Sequence record: NC_070958.1
DNA: 64,000 nucleotides
Direction: 5' to 3' (one strand)
The position numbers and the translations under genes are program-made. The notes below the pieces were generated by a model that was not told the DNA's origin, searched no databases, and worked only from the letters and a program-made list of their open reading frames with translations. Positions 37,301 to 46,077 of this stretch are shown here, piece after piece. Each line of letters opens with the position of its first letter. Positions within the stretch are counted from its first letter, which is position 1.

Positions 37301-37510
37301 CACACGTTTGACATTATCAGGTCCTGTATGGACTCGTTCAATGATAAAGTCTTCCGCTTTCATTCCACTGTAACGAACATCGGCAAGTTGACGATCAACT
37401 ATGTCACCCTGTTCTGTTACGAGTTCATGTCGTTTCCGGAGGAAACGTTTAACAGGTGAATACAATGGGTCTTTTACCCATCGTGGAAACACCTTGCTTT
37501 CTTCTGCCAT
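34301..37510 (-). CDS. Large putative tail/baseplate structural protein
   Basis: Start probably MAEESK (ATG 37510); N-terminal domain shared with 37602..45986, 46078..49314 and 60946..61584; beta-rich remainder. Confidence 0.8.
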   Translation of the reverse strand: MAEESKVFPRWVKDPLYSPVKRFLRKRHELVTEQGDIVDRQLADVRYSGMKAEDFIIERVHTGPDNVKRVCLTRRSRNFARVDLELEQVSLRDVLTDFGVAVEVIMTFEDFIEGFKRGTVQGKVLFLAWRNSIGVCLPNRQLNDLQAINDLFGDIFFKSMELSRKNATDIDPNTFTSGTVKVTDEAIGSENVIIYVSELIREELGLNDIQHNIPKNVNIQRGQEARHNLKLTIGDVDVTTLVDMTFSPSNRLVIERTDNKLEMVIKAFRGSATEDFIEEIQVNMIHSSGGFDYDTTAKMIVKIQKDTPSDLTLYGYPLLINAPTGAELGIVVKAKFKGAPIKLATVPEYMTSMLHGVSVRSKGEYKGGVLYTGPITNAVTDGVLLDLLIGTFRHTVLTEVYTAKCFIDLEITKAIPGYGRLTQVKLDPNGLTGKKGETLYTNYIAAIGGKNIPTEDMDFPVGEELGPKKLIQLTRAEPNRLFYEVIRDSGQPGVMVTDTVGFKSHYVSPQGTIWWDQLYVYPNIVKDSVISVIPLSGENIIANRYDGGGLPVKVLVNGEERTRDVLIDFVTTPGKEVVKHIDPYTWDKTAWLYIKKVTEEKVVDVKFDMAIGVDNGWRRFSYTKKFTLKPYDGPDFLAIPNLFTLDGKRDDKGVVSFALWNDETRFTDNHKTVPAFTTTTGGLQIGVPEKVTGKSLDLPWKMIAPGSHKNVVAFTRNDITTPTEAQVAKVTIDSTVKADENILITHQALLNWQPYEVESMPMSLSYDDKPVAIDDPNVQIEVTFDKTWEGVVNQTAMEKRGTDANGLLFFTNRDAYFSTDDVPFTIRATYTAPDGKVTTHSVVGNIEMARPPITDLVLYPDSEGIEPIKMQRIKCRIEVDGEPLQGAAFFTLSMKNKDPGLPVIQGYSNSLIHSPSAAPGVYYLSVSTSHLGGEFWPELVVTIAKRQFNVRCEGTYVCPEQPVNVLSVTEGTAVNNATSTVKFVLRQDRWGGQFKVMKGNITKDVVKNDRFFQSVGQITGEPDPSGYTTMTVTSTGEAGTGDVSFTFTDQETSLRTKDWRVTVPINMVK

Positions 37511-37560
37511 AACTATACCCCTTATTGTCGTCATAGCATTTGAGAATAAACAAAATAAAG

Positions 37561-37586
37561 AGAACCCTACCTTTCGGTAGGGTTCT
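37561..37586 (-). terminator. Intrinsic terminator / hairpin
   Basis: AGAACCCTACC-TTTC-GGTAGGGTTCT (GAAA loop on the - strand) followed by TTTATTTT on the - strand. Confidence 0.8.
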
Positions 37587-37601
37587 CTAATGACTTATTG
37601 T

Positions 37602-40600
37602 TTACTTGTTGTGGATACCACCACCGAACGCACGGTTATCCAGTGCACGGTTCACAACAGCATCCAAGGTTTCGTTGTTCGGGTACTTGTAAGTACCGGT
37701 CAACTGGAAGTCCGAAGGTGTTGCATTCGGACCCGCACCAGGGAATGTCGCTGTCAAGATACCGGTTGCAGGATCGTAAGTTTCGTTGGCTACGCCAGCG
37801 CCATCGGTACGACCTGGGGTGTACACGCGAGTAACTGTCGGACCCAACTTAACAGACGGACTGAACGAACCATCGGCTTCTTTACACATCATGGAGAAGT
37901 TGACATTACCACCACCCCAAGAGATGTCATACAACTCAACGTTACGCGCACCCTTCACAGGGATGGACGTTGCTGAGAAGCTGATAGTGAACGGAACGTA
38001 CACTTCTGCGTTCTCCGCATTACCGTCTACCTTGATCCAGCCATTACCGTTGTAGTTGGTACCGGCGGCGTCAGGAGCTGCAACAGCGTAGGTTGTTACA
38101 TACGCACTCTCGTTGTTCAGGTGTTCACAAACGTAACGATTAGTGCCAGGAATGAGACCCGTCATGTTACCGAATACGTAAGTGGCTTGTCTCGGCATGA
38201 CCGAGTTAGCACCCGGAACCAGGTTGTGAGACATTTTCAGGTTGTTACCAATCCAGGTGTAGCCTGTGGTGTTTGCACTGTAGTACCAAGCGCGACGAGA
38301 ACCAGAAATCTGGGTCTTGGCCGCCGCTTCGGTTGTTACCATTGCAGTACAACCAACGAGCATGCTCAGGTCAACAGGAATCGGTTCGATGTCGAACTGA
38401 ACTGTGAGAACACCAGTTGCTGGGTCATAAGCACTGCTCTTCACATCCAGGGAACCACCCTTAGAACCTTGTGCTGAATCCAGCTTGGTCACGGTAGCTT
38501 CAGTCGGAAGATCGTTAGTGTTATTCTTCAGCGTGTACTTCATTGTGGCCACGTTATCCTTGACGGAAACAGAATCCAGCGTTGAGACGTACGGTCCTTT
38601 AGGAAGAACATTGGTGTAATCCAGAACCCAAGGAAGTCTTACCTCCAGGTTATCCGGTTGTTTGAGCGACAGGTATCCATTACCAGTGTAATGGGTGTCC
38701 TGTGTTGTACTCGGAGCAGCTACGTTGTAGTCGATGATCCAAGATACTTCACCCTTGTTGTGGATGGTACCAACCGCACCTGTTGTCGCAGACGGATTAA
38801 CTGCCAGTGCCACGAACGCGCCGTCACCTTGGAAGTTGTAACCACCGTTAAGCGTCACATAGTAGTCACGCTGTAAGCGACCATTTTTCCATTCGATGCC
38901 GATGTCACGCATTTCGAAGACGTTCTGTACGAAGTCGACTTTGTACTTAGCGATCTGTCCATCATTGGTAGTGATTTCCATATCCGCTTCGAACTTATCG
39001 GCCCAAGAACCAGTGAGGATCTTGGTCTTCGCAGACCAGCTCAGGGTGCCAGTCGCAGGATCGTAGGACTGTGTGAGTTGGTTAGAGACGTTATCGAGGA
39101 AACCCTTCACCGGAGTGAACTTGGTAATCCGAGCACTAGTTGGGATTGTCCCGGTCAGATCCATTTTCAGTTTCTGGGAGAACAAATCAACTTGGTGGTA
39201 CTGACTAACAGGACCTGCGGAAGGAACAATCGGTTCACTATAGTCCACAGTGAACGGGATGATTACCTTAACCTTGTTACCCTTGTCGACGCTGTAGTTA
39301 CCAGTCCCCGTGGTCTTGTACGGACGGATGTCAGTACGACGTGGGAGATTCAGTTTCCACACCTTGTCACCGGCAGTGTGATCCAGCAAGCTAGCAGTGC
39401 CAGCATTGTTGGTGTATTCAACACCATTCAGTACGAGGTTGTCGATAGCCACGGTGCCCGCTGTTACTTCATGGTCAAGGACCAGAGCGTTAGCACCCAG
39501 CGTTGCGTTCACACTCTTAACGAGATGTTCCACATGCTGGTAGGTCACGTGAGGCTTGAAGGTACTACCATCTTCGTTACCGGAATCAATGGTGCCCTCG
39601 AGGATAACTTCAACTGGTGTTGCGCCACTAGGAGCGTCACAGTCATAAGTCACCACAAAGAGACCGGTTGTCTTGTCATAGACAGGAGGTTTGGTCGAAG
39701 AGATGGTCGCGCCAGTTGCCACAGGTTCACCGACAAACTTAACATCAGGCGGGAATGCACCATCGTTATTGGCAAACTTGTAGGTCTCTACCAGTTCATT
39801 GTTAGTGATAACAGTGCTGACCTTGGTAGGAGTGTAAATAACCGGAGCAGGAGGTACCACAGCCTTGGTAACTTCCATCTTACTATCCAACGCCGGTTTG
39901 GTGATGTTATCGCCATAAGCCGGGAAGTTCACACGACTGTTGAAGGTCGCCTGACCACCGTTCTTAGCGAACGCATCAGTCATCTCGAACACAAATGTCA
40001 AGATGCCAGTTACTGGATCGTAGCTTTCACTCTTAGGTGTCTTGGTTCCGTTCAGGGTATTCAGAACGTAGTCGAACGGCTTATTGGTATAAGCTGTGCC
40101 TTTCGGAACCCCGCCTTGGGCAAAAGCGTTGTTAACTGTCACTGTCAACAGGTTGCCTTCCAGCTCCATGTCTTTCAGCCAGGTGTTAACGTAACCGTTG
40201 TTAGTCAAGAACTGCTTGAAGGTACAAGTCCACGGGAGTGCGTAGAACAGCTTACCACCTGCGTTGGCCATGAACTTACCGCTGACCTTGTAGACAGTAA
40301 CGTCATCAGTCTTCGGAGGAGTTGTTGGGACATAGCACAGATAGAAGATGTTCGGGGTAGCACTACCGGTCTTCTCGGTACGGATGGGTCCGGTTGATTC
40401 AGGATCAGCCGAAGTCACCACGTGGTAACCTTCAGTGATGTCTACATCACCAGCATTGCGCTTCACCTTGTGGGTGACACGGAACGCCTTTTCGTAGTCC
40501 TGCCATCCAGCGTTGGTCTGGGTGACACTATGGACATACAGGGTGTGAGTGAGAGGAGCGGTCAGCTCTTTGACACCAGCCTTGAACACCGGGTTGATCA

Positions 40601-43600
40601 CAACAGGGAGTGCGGCCGTACCGGTCGGTTTGGTAATCCCAACCTTGAAGCTGAAACGACCAGTTTGGTCATCATAAACTTCTTCAGTTGCTACACCGTC
40701 GATGTTGGAAGGAGAAGAGAACGCCTTAACCATCATCTCTGTCGGAATGCTGCCGTCACCATTGGTGATGTCATAGACAATCGCCATAGTTGCGTCGTCA
40801 ACAGTACTGGAGACGTGAGTAGCGATCAGAATCCGATCCGGGTTAACAATAGCCTCGAACAGTGTGTCCTTACCAATGCCACCGTCGTCGGCCCAGATAT
40901 CGGTTACGAACTTGATCTTCTCGCCATCCAGCAACGGGTTCATCTCGAATACAAACGAACCTTCACCAGTTGCAGGATCGTACTTGTACAGCTCACCGTC
41001 GACACTCAACGGAGTGCGGTTCCCGCCAACAGTTTTCTCGGCTGAACTGAACGGTGTTTTCAGGCGGAGATTGAACGGATAGGCATCACCTTCCGGAGTG
41101 ACCTTGAAGGAGACGGTCAACTGGTTAGTATCCACGTCATACTTCCCACCAAGGGTGGTGGTGGTAAAGGTCTTCGGTTTAGGCAAGATGTAACTGCCGC
41201 GAGTCACAGTCGGTGTGATGAACCCACACAGGGACTTCAGCTTGATTGTCCCGATAGCCGAAACGGAGGTTTGTGCAGTCGCATTACCGTAATAGTGAAC
41301 CACCACAGTAATTACACCAGTCGCAGGATCGTAGCTTTGGGCCTGGATTTTCCCGTTATCGGCAGTGTTGGACCCACTAATGGCTCCTGTAAAATATCCA
41401 TCCAACGGGATCTTGCCGTCTTTGGTCCTGACATCAACCAACCAACTCACCGCCATGACCGGTCGAGTTCCAACAGGGACATTTACTTGTTTGTACTCGG
41501 GGTCGTTCCGGAATATAGCTGTGCCTTCATTCACATCTGAGAGCACGTGGTAATCAGAACGAGAAGCTGTTACCGTCATATTCTCGAACGGGTAATTGAA
41601 CTCCAGAGTCCAATCCCAGCGGTTTCTCGGGTCCTCGTGCATCGGAACAGCGACGGTACCGACCCAGACGTTACGATCTTCACCTTCTGTGGCTTTACGT
41701 TTCCAGACAAGCTCAGCTTCGAAGCCAGGATGGTTCCCGCCATTACTAATCTTGAAGTTGGTCAGCTTGGCGGCCACATCTACAGAACTAACGCCCTTGG
41801 TATCGCGGAACGAATACTCAAACTTGAGTTCTTGGTTGCAATAGGACTTGTTCAGCAGATAGATGGTCAACGGCTCCACCGTCTCGGTCACACGGAACGG
41901 GACTTCGGTATCTTCAACCAGTACGATCCCCTCGTAGTCGTACCGTACCGGAACAGTGGTCACTTCCTTAGCTGTTACGCTATAAGTGATGGTCATGGTC
42001 CCGGCATTGTAATTCTGGGAAACCGGGTTAACCCCTTCCAGGCCAGTCCCACCATTGATGGGTTGAACCACAACAGTTGTCGGTGCAGGAGAGCCATCGT
42101 TAGCCACGACTTTACCGGAGTGAGTGATCAACTTGGTGGTCATCACCGGCTTTTCCCAGACAATGGAGTACGCGCTCTTAGCTGTCGTTTCCACAGTGTA
42201 GGACTCAGAGGCGTTCGGGTATTCGTCGGCGTAGACACGACCTTCAACCAGGTAGTTGGTACCCTCACCACTCGGATTCTCCAGAGCGATATCAGCGTAC
42301 ACAGTTCCTGTATTGACGTCGTAACGACGATTGGTCAATTCCTTGGTACCGTTCTTGGTATTCACCGCACGGGTAACCGGAGTCACCAGTGTAGCACCTT
42401 CAGGGATGGTGTCGTCGGACAGACGAACTTGCATACTGACAGTACCGATGGTCCCGTTAACAGTCAGTTTGGCCTCAGTCACCTTGATCGGGGTACGAAT
42501 AACTTTGACGACCACGTCATCGATGAACTGAAGTTCCGGCTTACCAACATACGGAGTCAGAATTACTGACCCAACGAATGCGTACGTCATATCCTTGGAA
42601 GGATCGAGTGTCACAGTCGCTTCGAACTTGGCGAGACCAGTCACGGGATCGTAACTCGTGTCTTCCTTGGTGATCGGAGTCGCAACGTTGGTTGCAGTAG
42701 CAAACGGAATCTTGAAGTCAGCGGCTACTGGGTAGGACCCGTCTGCAAGCCGAACCTTGTAAATGCCGATTGCTTTATCACCGACAACTTCCAGAGACTG
42801 GAGAGTGATACTAGGATCGGTGTTTCCAGTGCCATCGTCCGGGAGAGTCCAGGAATCAGGTTTCACTGTACCAGTTGTTTCGGCTACAGCGTAGCTGGTA
42901 CCAGAAGGAACAGTTGCACTTACGGTGAGCGCATACTTCTCGATGGTGTCGTTCGGTGCAATGATGTCCGCACTAACTTCCCACAAGCCCTTGCTCTTAT
43001 CAATCTCCTTGAAGGAGAACTTGGGATCAGCAGCGATGTTCTCACCAGAAACATAGGCAAGTGTGGCGTCGCCGGTGTAGGCGGCATCACCAAGGTACAG
43101 CCCTACCTTCCTGACGATACGGAGACCATTGAGTGTGGTTTCAACATCGGTTGCAGTGAGGTCGAGTACCAGGTCCTTGACGGATACGGTGAACAAGGAA
43201 CCATCTGCTTCGATACGAGCGTTGTAGGTGATCGGTTCGATCACACCTGTCTTCAACACGAGGTCGAAGTACAAGACACCGGTACCCGGGTGGTAATCCT
43301 GGTTAGGCGTTCCCTGATCAGGTGCGATACCAGAGATGGAACTGGCGTCGTAGAACTTGGCATCGCCGGGATGTACGTTGGGGGAGCCGATACGATTGAT
43401 CCGAACGGTATGACGGATCTTGTCACCCATCAACTTGACACCCAGGTCGGTAGCTTCCCATTCCACCTCGCCGCTATTGGTGTACGTTCCGGTGAAATCA
43501 CCAAACAGAGGCTTCTTGAAGTCGTCTGCTTTGAACTCACCCTTGGCGGAGTAAACGTTATCGCCCAGATCGGGGTAAACGATATCCACTGTCAGCGTCC

Positions 43601-45986
43601 AGAAGTCACCGGCCTTTTCCAGAGTGTGAGTACCATTGGGTTTGAGACCGACTGTATTGGTCAGACCCAACAGAGTCAGATCTTTAACCTTGGAACCATC
43701 ATCACTGTAGGTTGCGTCCAAAGTCCAGCGAAGTTTGGGATCGGCTCTGTCCAGGAGGAACTCGGTGTTCGTGGTGGTGAAGTTGATTTCGAGATCGTTA
43801 TCGAATACAGCTTCGAATTTGGCGGTTGCTGTTTTCACAGTTCCGTCGCGTTCGTGAGTGCCGTGGACAACCCATTCGAAGTCGACAGTAAGTTCTACCG
43901 GATCATTTCCATAAGCAGTCAGTTCTGCGGAAACGGTACCGGATTGGAGATCGACGTCCCAACCTGGTTGAGAGAAACTTTCAGGTACGAGACCTTTGAT
44001 GTTTTCCATGCCTTTGGGGTCGATAGCCGGAATGTCTTTACCATCAGACAGTACAGCGTTATACGGCCACGTTACTTTGGTCGGTGCGCGAGGGGAATCG
44101 AACACTCCCTTGCCTGGTGTGATGACAGCACTGACCACAGTCACCCAAGTACCATCACCGTTGGTGGTTCCAAACGGAGTGGACGGGGTGCTACAGACTA
44201 CGCTGAGTTTTACGGAGATCTTGATCGGCTCAATGTCCGGATCAGGAATGATAACGATTGTCACGAAACCATTTTCGATAACCGCTGCGTCACGCATTGT
44301 CCCACCAACGATGGCCGGGAATACGTTTGCGATCATCGGATCGTTCGGGCTTTCAGAGTTGTCTACCTTAACACGATAAGTGACCAACTGGGTCTTTTCA
44401 TCGTAGGTGAGAGTCTGTTGGGTGAACGTGATGACCGGATCACCGGTGGTATCGAACTCCTTGGAGAACTTCATGGAGTAGGGAATCATCTCCTCCAGGT
44501 CGTCGATCTTCGCTTCACAGAAAAGTTCGATCTCGTACTTCTCAGGCGTTTGCGGAATCACGGTTATGTCGTGATAGACCTCACCGTTTTCGGTGATGAC
44601 ACCAGGTCCCGCATTGTTGTTGTCTTCCAAACCAACAGTCCCCGGAAGGAACTTATTGGAGCGTTGTGTGAAGTAAGGAACGATCCCACCCACATAACGG
44701 AAACGACCAACCATGTTCAGTACTGGACCGAATGCGGGTTCATCATAGACAAACTCGATCTCCGGGCGCACTTCCTTAGGGATGGAAACTTCGGTTTCTG
44801 CTTTGCGGAGACCGATATCCCACTTATGGGTTTGAGCACCCATCGTCTCAGTTTTCAGAGTGAACGTGTAAACATCACCATCGACTGATTTGACTTCTGC
44901 TGTTTCAGACTTCAGCTTGTCGGACAGACCAGTGACATATTCACCAGTATAGGTGTCTTTCACTTTGGCCGTCAAGGTGTACGCATCAACAACTGCCACT
45001 TGTTCGATGACCAAGCGATCCACGTCGACGCCACCAGTGAACTCAGCGCTCTTGGTCACTGACTTAGAACCTTCAGTGTCTTTCCGAGTGAAGTCCACTT
45101 TAACGGTCAAAGTACCGAGGAACTGATCGTTGACCTCTTCGTCACCGGTGTACGGTTCGAATTCACTGTAAACAGTAGCGACTGTTTTGTGTTCAGTCAC
45201 AGAGAGTTCGTTGGAAAGTTCCAGACGGAAACCAGCAGGTACTTTGTAGTCACTAGCGATGCTAACTACCGGTGACATGGTTTCGATACCCTGCCAGTGT
45301 GCTACCAGTTCGATATCGAACTTGGCTACGACACCAGTCTTGTTTTCCATGCCAGTTGCACGACTAGGGTTGATCTTGACGACCATACCGTCGCCGCCAT
45401 CCAGGTTCTCGTCATAAACGAAAACTGCTACCGGGGTGGGTTCCAGGAGTGACCGATCATTGACCATCATGGTGTAGTCAGCACTGAGTGGATGGGCGTC
45501 CTCGGCGGAAACATCCAGGCGATCAAAGAAGATGTTGGAAGTGGCTTCACGGAGACCACCTTCACCTTTCAGAGTCTTGAGGAAGAGACAATACTGTCCG
45601 GTCGGTTCATAAAACACGTACTCGAAATCCCAGTTGTTACTGCGGAAGAGTGCGTGAAGTTCACCGATAGTTTTAACGGTTTTGACGTTAGTCTCCATAC
45701 CAGTCAGGATTTCACCGAAGGGCAAACGCTCTACAGGGATATCCACCCGACCGAAACCGGTAATGCGTGAAGTGATACAAACCAAAGACTCACGATCCCC
45801 CTGGATGGGTTCGATACGCACATCTTCGGCTTTAAGGTTATTGTAGCGCTCTCTCGCTACTTCGAGTTCGCCCTTGGGATCATCGATTTCGAGATCAGCA
45901 AGGCGCTTTGCGAGGAACCGTTGTACAGAGACCCAGAATGGATCACGTACAAAGGCACTCCTTTCAACAATCAACCCGTTTTCCAT
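37602..45986 (-). CDS. Giant (2794 aa) putative tail fibre / receptor-binding protein with Ig-like repeats
   Basis: Shared N-terminal domain; about a dozen Y(D/H)xxTG motifs in T/V/P-rich beta-sandwich-like repeats. Confidence 0.85.
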   Translation of the reverse strand: MENGLIVERSAFVRDPFWVSVQRFLAKRLADLEIDDPKGELEVARERYNNLKAEDVRIEPIQGDRESLVCITSRITGFGRVDIPVERLPFGEILTGMETNVKTVKTIGELHALFRSNNWDFEYVFYEPTGQYCLFLKTLKGEGGLREATSNIFFDRLDVSAEDAHPLSADYTMMVNDRSLLEPTPVAVFVYDENLDGGDGMVVKINPSRATGMENKTGVVAKFDIELVAHWQGIETMSPVVSIASDYKVPAGFRLELSNELSVTEHKTVATVYSEFEPYTGDEEVNDQFLGTLTVKVDFTRKDTEGSKSVTKSAEFTGGVDVDRLVIEQVAVVDAYTLTAKVKDTYTGEYVTGLSDKLKSETAEVKSVDGDVYTFTLKTETMGAQTHKWDIGLRKAETEVSIPKEVRPEIEFVYDEPAFGPVLNMVGRFRYVGGIVPYFTQRSNKFLPGTVGLEDNNNAGPGVITENGEVYHDITVIPQTPEKYEIELFCEAKIDDLEEMIPYSMKFSKEFDTTGDPVITFTQQTLTYDEKTQLVTYRVKVDNSESPNDPMIANVFPAIVGGTMRDAAVIENGFVTIVIIPDPDIEPIKISVKLSVVCSTPSTPFGTTNGDGTWVTVVSAVITPGKGVFDSPRAPTKVTWPYNAVLSDGKDIPAIDPKGMENIKGLVPESFSQPGWDVDLQSGTVSAELTAYGNDPVELTVDFEWVVHGTHERDGTVKTATAKFEAVFDNDLEINFTTTNTEFLLDRADPKLRWTLDATYSDDGSKVKDLTLLGLTNTVGLKPNGTHTLEKAGDFWTLTVDIVYPDLGDNVYSAKGEFKADDFKKPLFGDFTGTYTNSGEVEWEATDLGVKLMGDKIRHTVRINRIGSPNVHPGDAKFYDASSISGIAPDQGTPNQDYHPGTGVLYFDLVLKTGVIEPITYNARIEADGSLFTVSVKDLVLDLTATDVETTLNGLRIVRKVGLYLGDAAYTGDATLAYVSGENIAADPKFSFKEIDKSKGLWEVSADIIAPNDTIEKYALTVSATVPSGTSYAVAETTGTVKPDSWTLPDDGTGNTDPSITLQSLEVVGDKAIGIYKVRLADGSYPVAADFKIPFATATNVATPITKEDTSYDPVTGLAKFEATVTLDPSKDMTYAFVGSVILTPYVGKPELQFIDDVVVKVIRTPIKVTEAKLTVNGTIGTVSMQVRLSDDTIPEGATLVTPVTRAVNTKNGTKELTNRRYDVNTGTVYADIALENPSGEGTNYLVEGRVYADEYPNASESYTVETTAKSAYSIVWEKPVMTTKLITHSGKVVANDGSPAPTTVVVQPINGGTGLEGVNPVSQNYNAGTMTITYSVTAKEVTTVPVRYDYEGIVLVEDTEVPFRVTETVEPLTIYLLNKSYCNQELKFEYSFRDTKGVSSVDVAAKLTNFKISNGGNHPGFEAELVWKRKATEGEDRNVWVGTVAVPMHEDPRNRWDWTLEFNYPFENMTVTASRSDYHVLSDVNEGTAIFRNDPEYKQVNVPVGTRPVMAVSWLVDVRTKDGKIPLDGYFTGAISGSNTADNGKIQAQSYDPATGVITVVVHYYGNATAQTSVSAIGTIKLKSLCGFITPTVTRGSYILPKPKTFTTTTLGGKYDVDTNQLTVSFKVTPEGDAYPFNLRLKTPFSSAEKTVGGNRTPLSVDGELYKYDPATGEGSFVFEMNPLLDGEKIKFVTDIWADDGGIGKDTLFEAIVNPDRILIATHVSSTVDDATMAIVYDITNGDGSIPTEMMVKAFSSPSNIDGVATEEVYDDQTGRFSFKVGITKPTGTAALPVVINPVFKAGVKELTAPLTHTLYVHSVTQTNAGWQDYEKAFRVTHKVKRNAGDVDITEGYHVVTSADPESTGPIRTEKTGSATPNIFYLCYVPTTPPKTDDVTVYKVSGKFMANAGGKLFYALPWTCTFKQFLTNNGYVNTWLKDMELEGNLLTVTVNNAFAQGGVPKGTAYTNKPFDYVLNTLNGTKTPKSESYDPVTGILTFVFEMTDAFAKNGGQATFNSRVNFPAYGDNITKPALDSKMEVTKAVVPPAPVIYTPTKVSTVITNNELVETYKFANNDGAFPPDVKFVGEPVATGATISSTKPPVYDKTTGLFVVTYDCDAPSGATPVEVILEGTIDSGNEDGSTFKPHVTYQHVEHLVKSVNATLGANALVLDHEVTAGTVAIDNLVLNGVEYTNNAGTASLLDHTAGDKVWKLNLPRRTDIRPYKTTGTGNYSVDKGNKVKVIIPFTVDYSEPIVPSAGPVSQYHQVDLFSQKLKMDLTGTIPTSARITKFTPVKGFLDNVSNQLTQSYDPATGTLSWSAKTKILTGSWADKFEADMEITTNDGQIAKYKVDFVQNVFEMRDIGIEWKNGRLQRDYYVTLNGGYNFQGDGAFVALAVNPSATTGAVGTIHNKGEVSWIIDYNVAAPSTTQDTHYTGNGYLSLKQPDNLEVRLPWVLDYTNVLPKGPYVSTLDSVSVKDNVATMKYTLKNNTNDLPTEATVTKLDSAQGSKGGSLDVKSSAYDPATGVLTVQFDIEPIPVDLSMLVGCTAMVTTEAAAKTQISGSRRAWYYSANTTGYTWIGNNLKMSHNLVPGANSVMPRQATYVFGNMTGLIPGTNRYVCEHLNNESAYVTTYAVAAPDAAGTNYNGNGWIKVDGNAENAEVYVPFTISFSATSIPVKGARNVELYDISWGGGNVNFSMMCKEADGSFSPSVKLGPTVTRVYTPGRTDGAGVANETYDPATGILTATFPGAGPNATPSDFQLTGTYKYPNNETLDAVVNRALDNRAFGGGIHNK

Positions 45987-46077
45987 TTATTGGCTCCAGG
46001 ATATGTGGGTTATAAAGAAGGGGTGAACGAATCCACCCCATACTACATTAGTTCGCAGATAACTGTGACTGGTGTCT

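Noticed and set aside
39078-44888. Several 200-530-aa + strand ORFs inside the 2794-aa gene
   Set aside because: Antisense shadows of a strongly codon-biased gene; no RBS or motifs.
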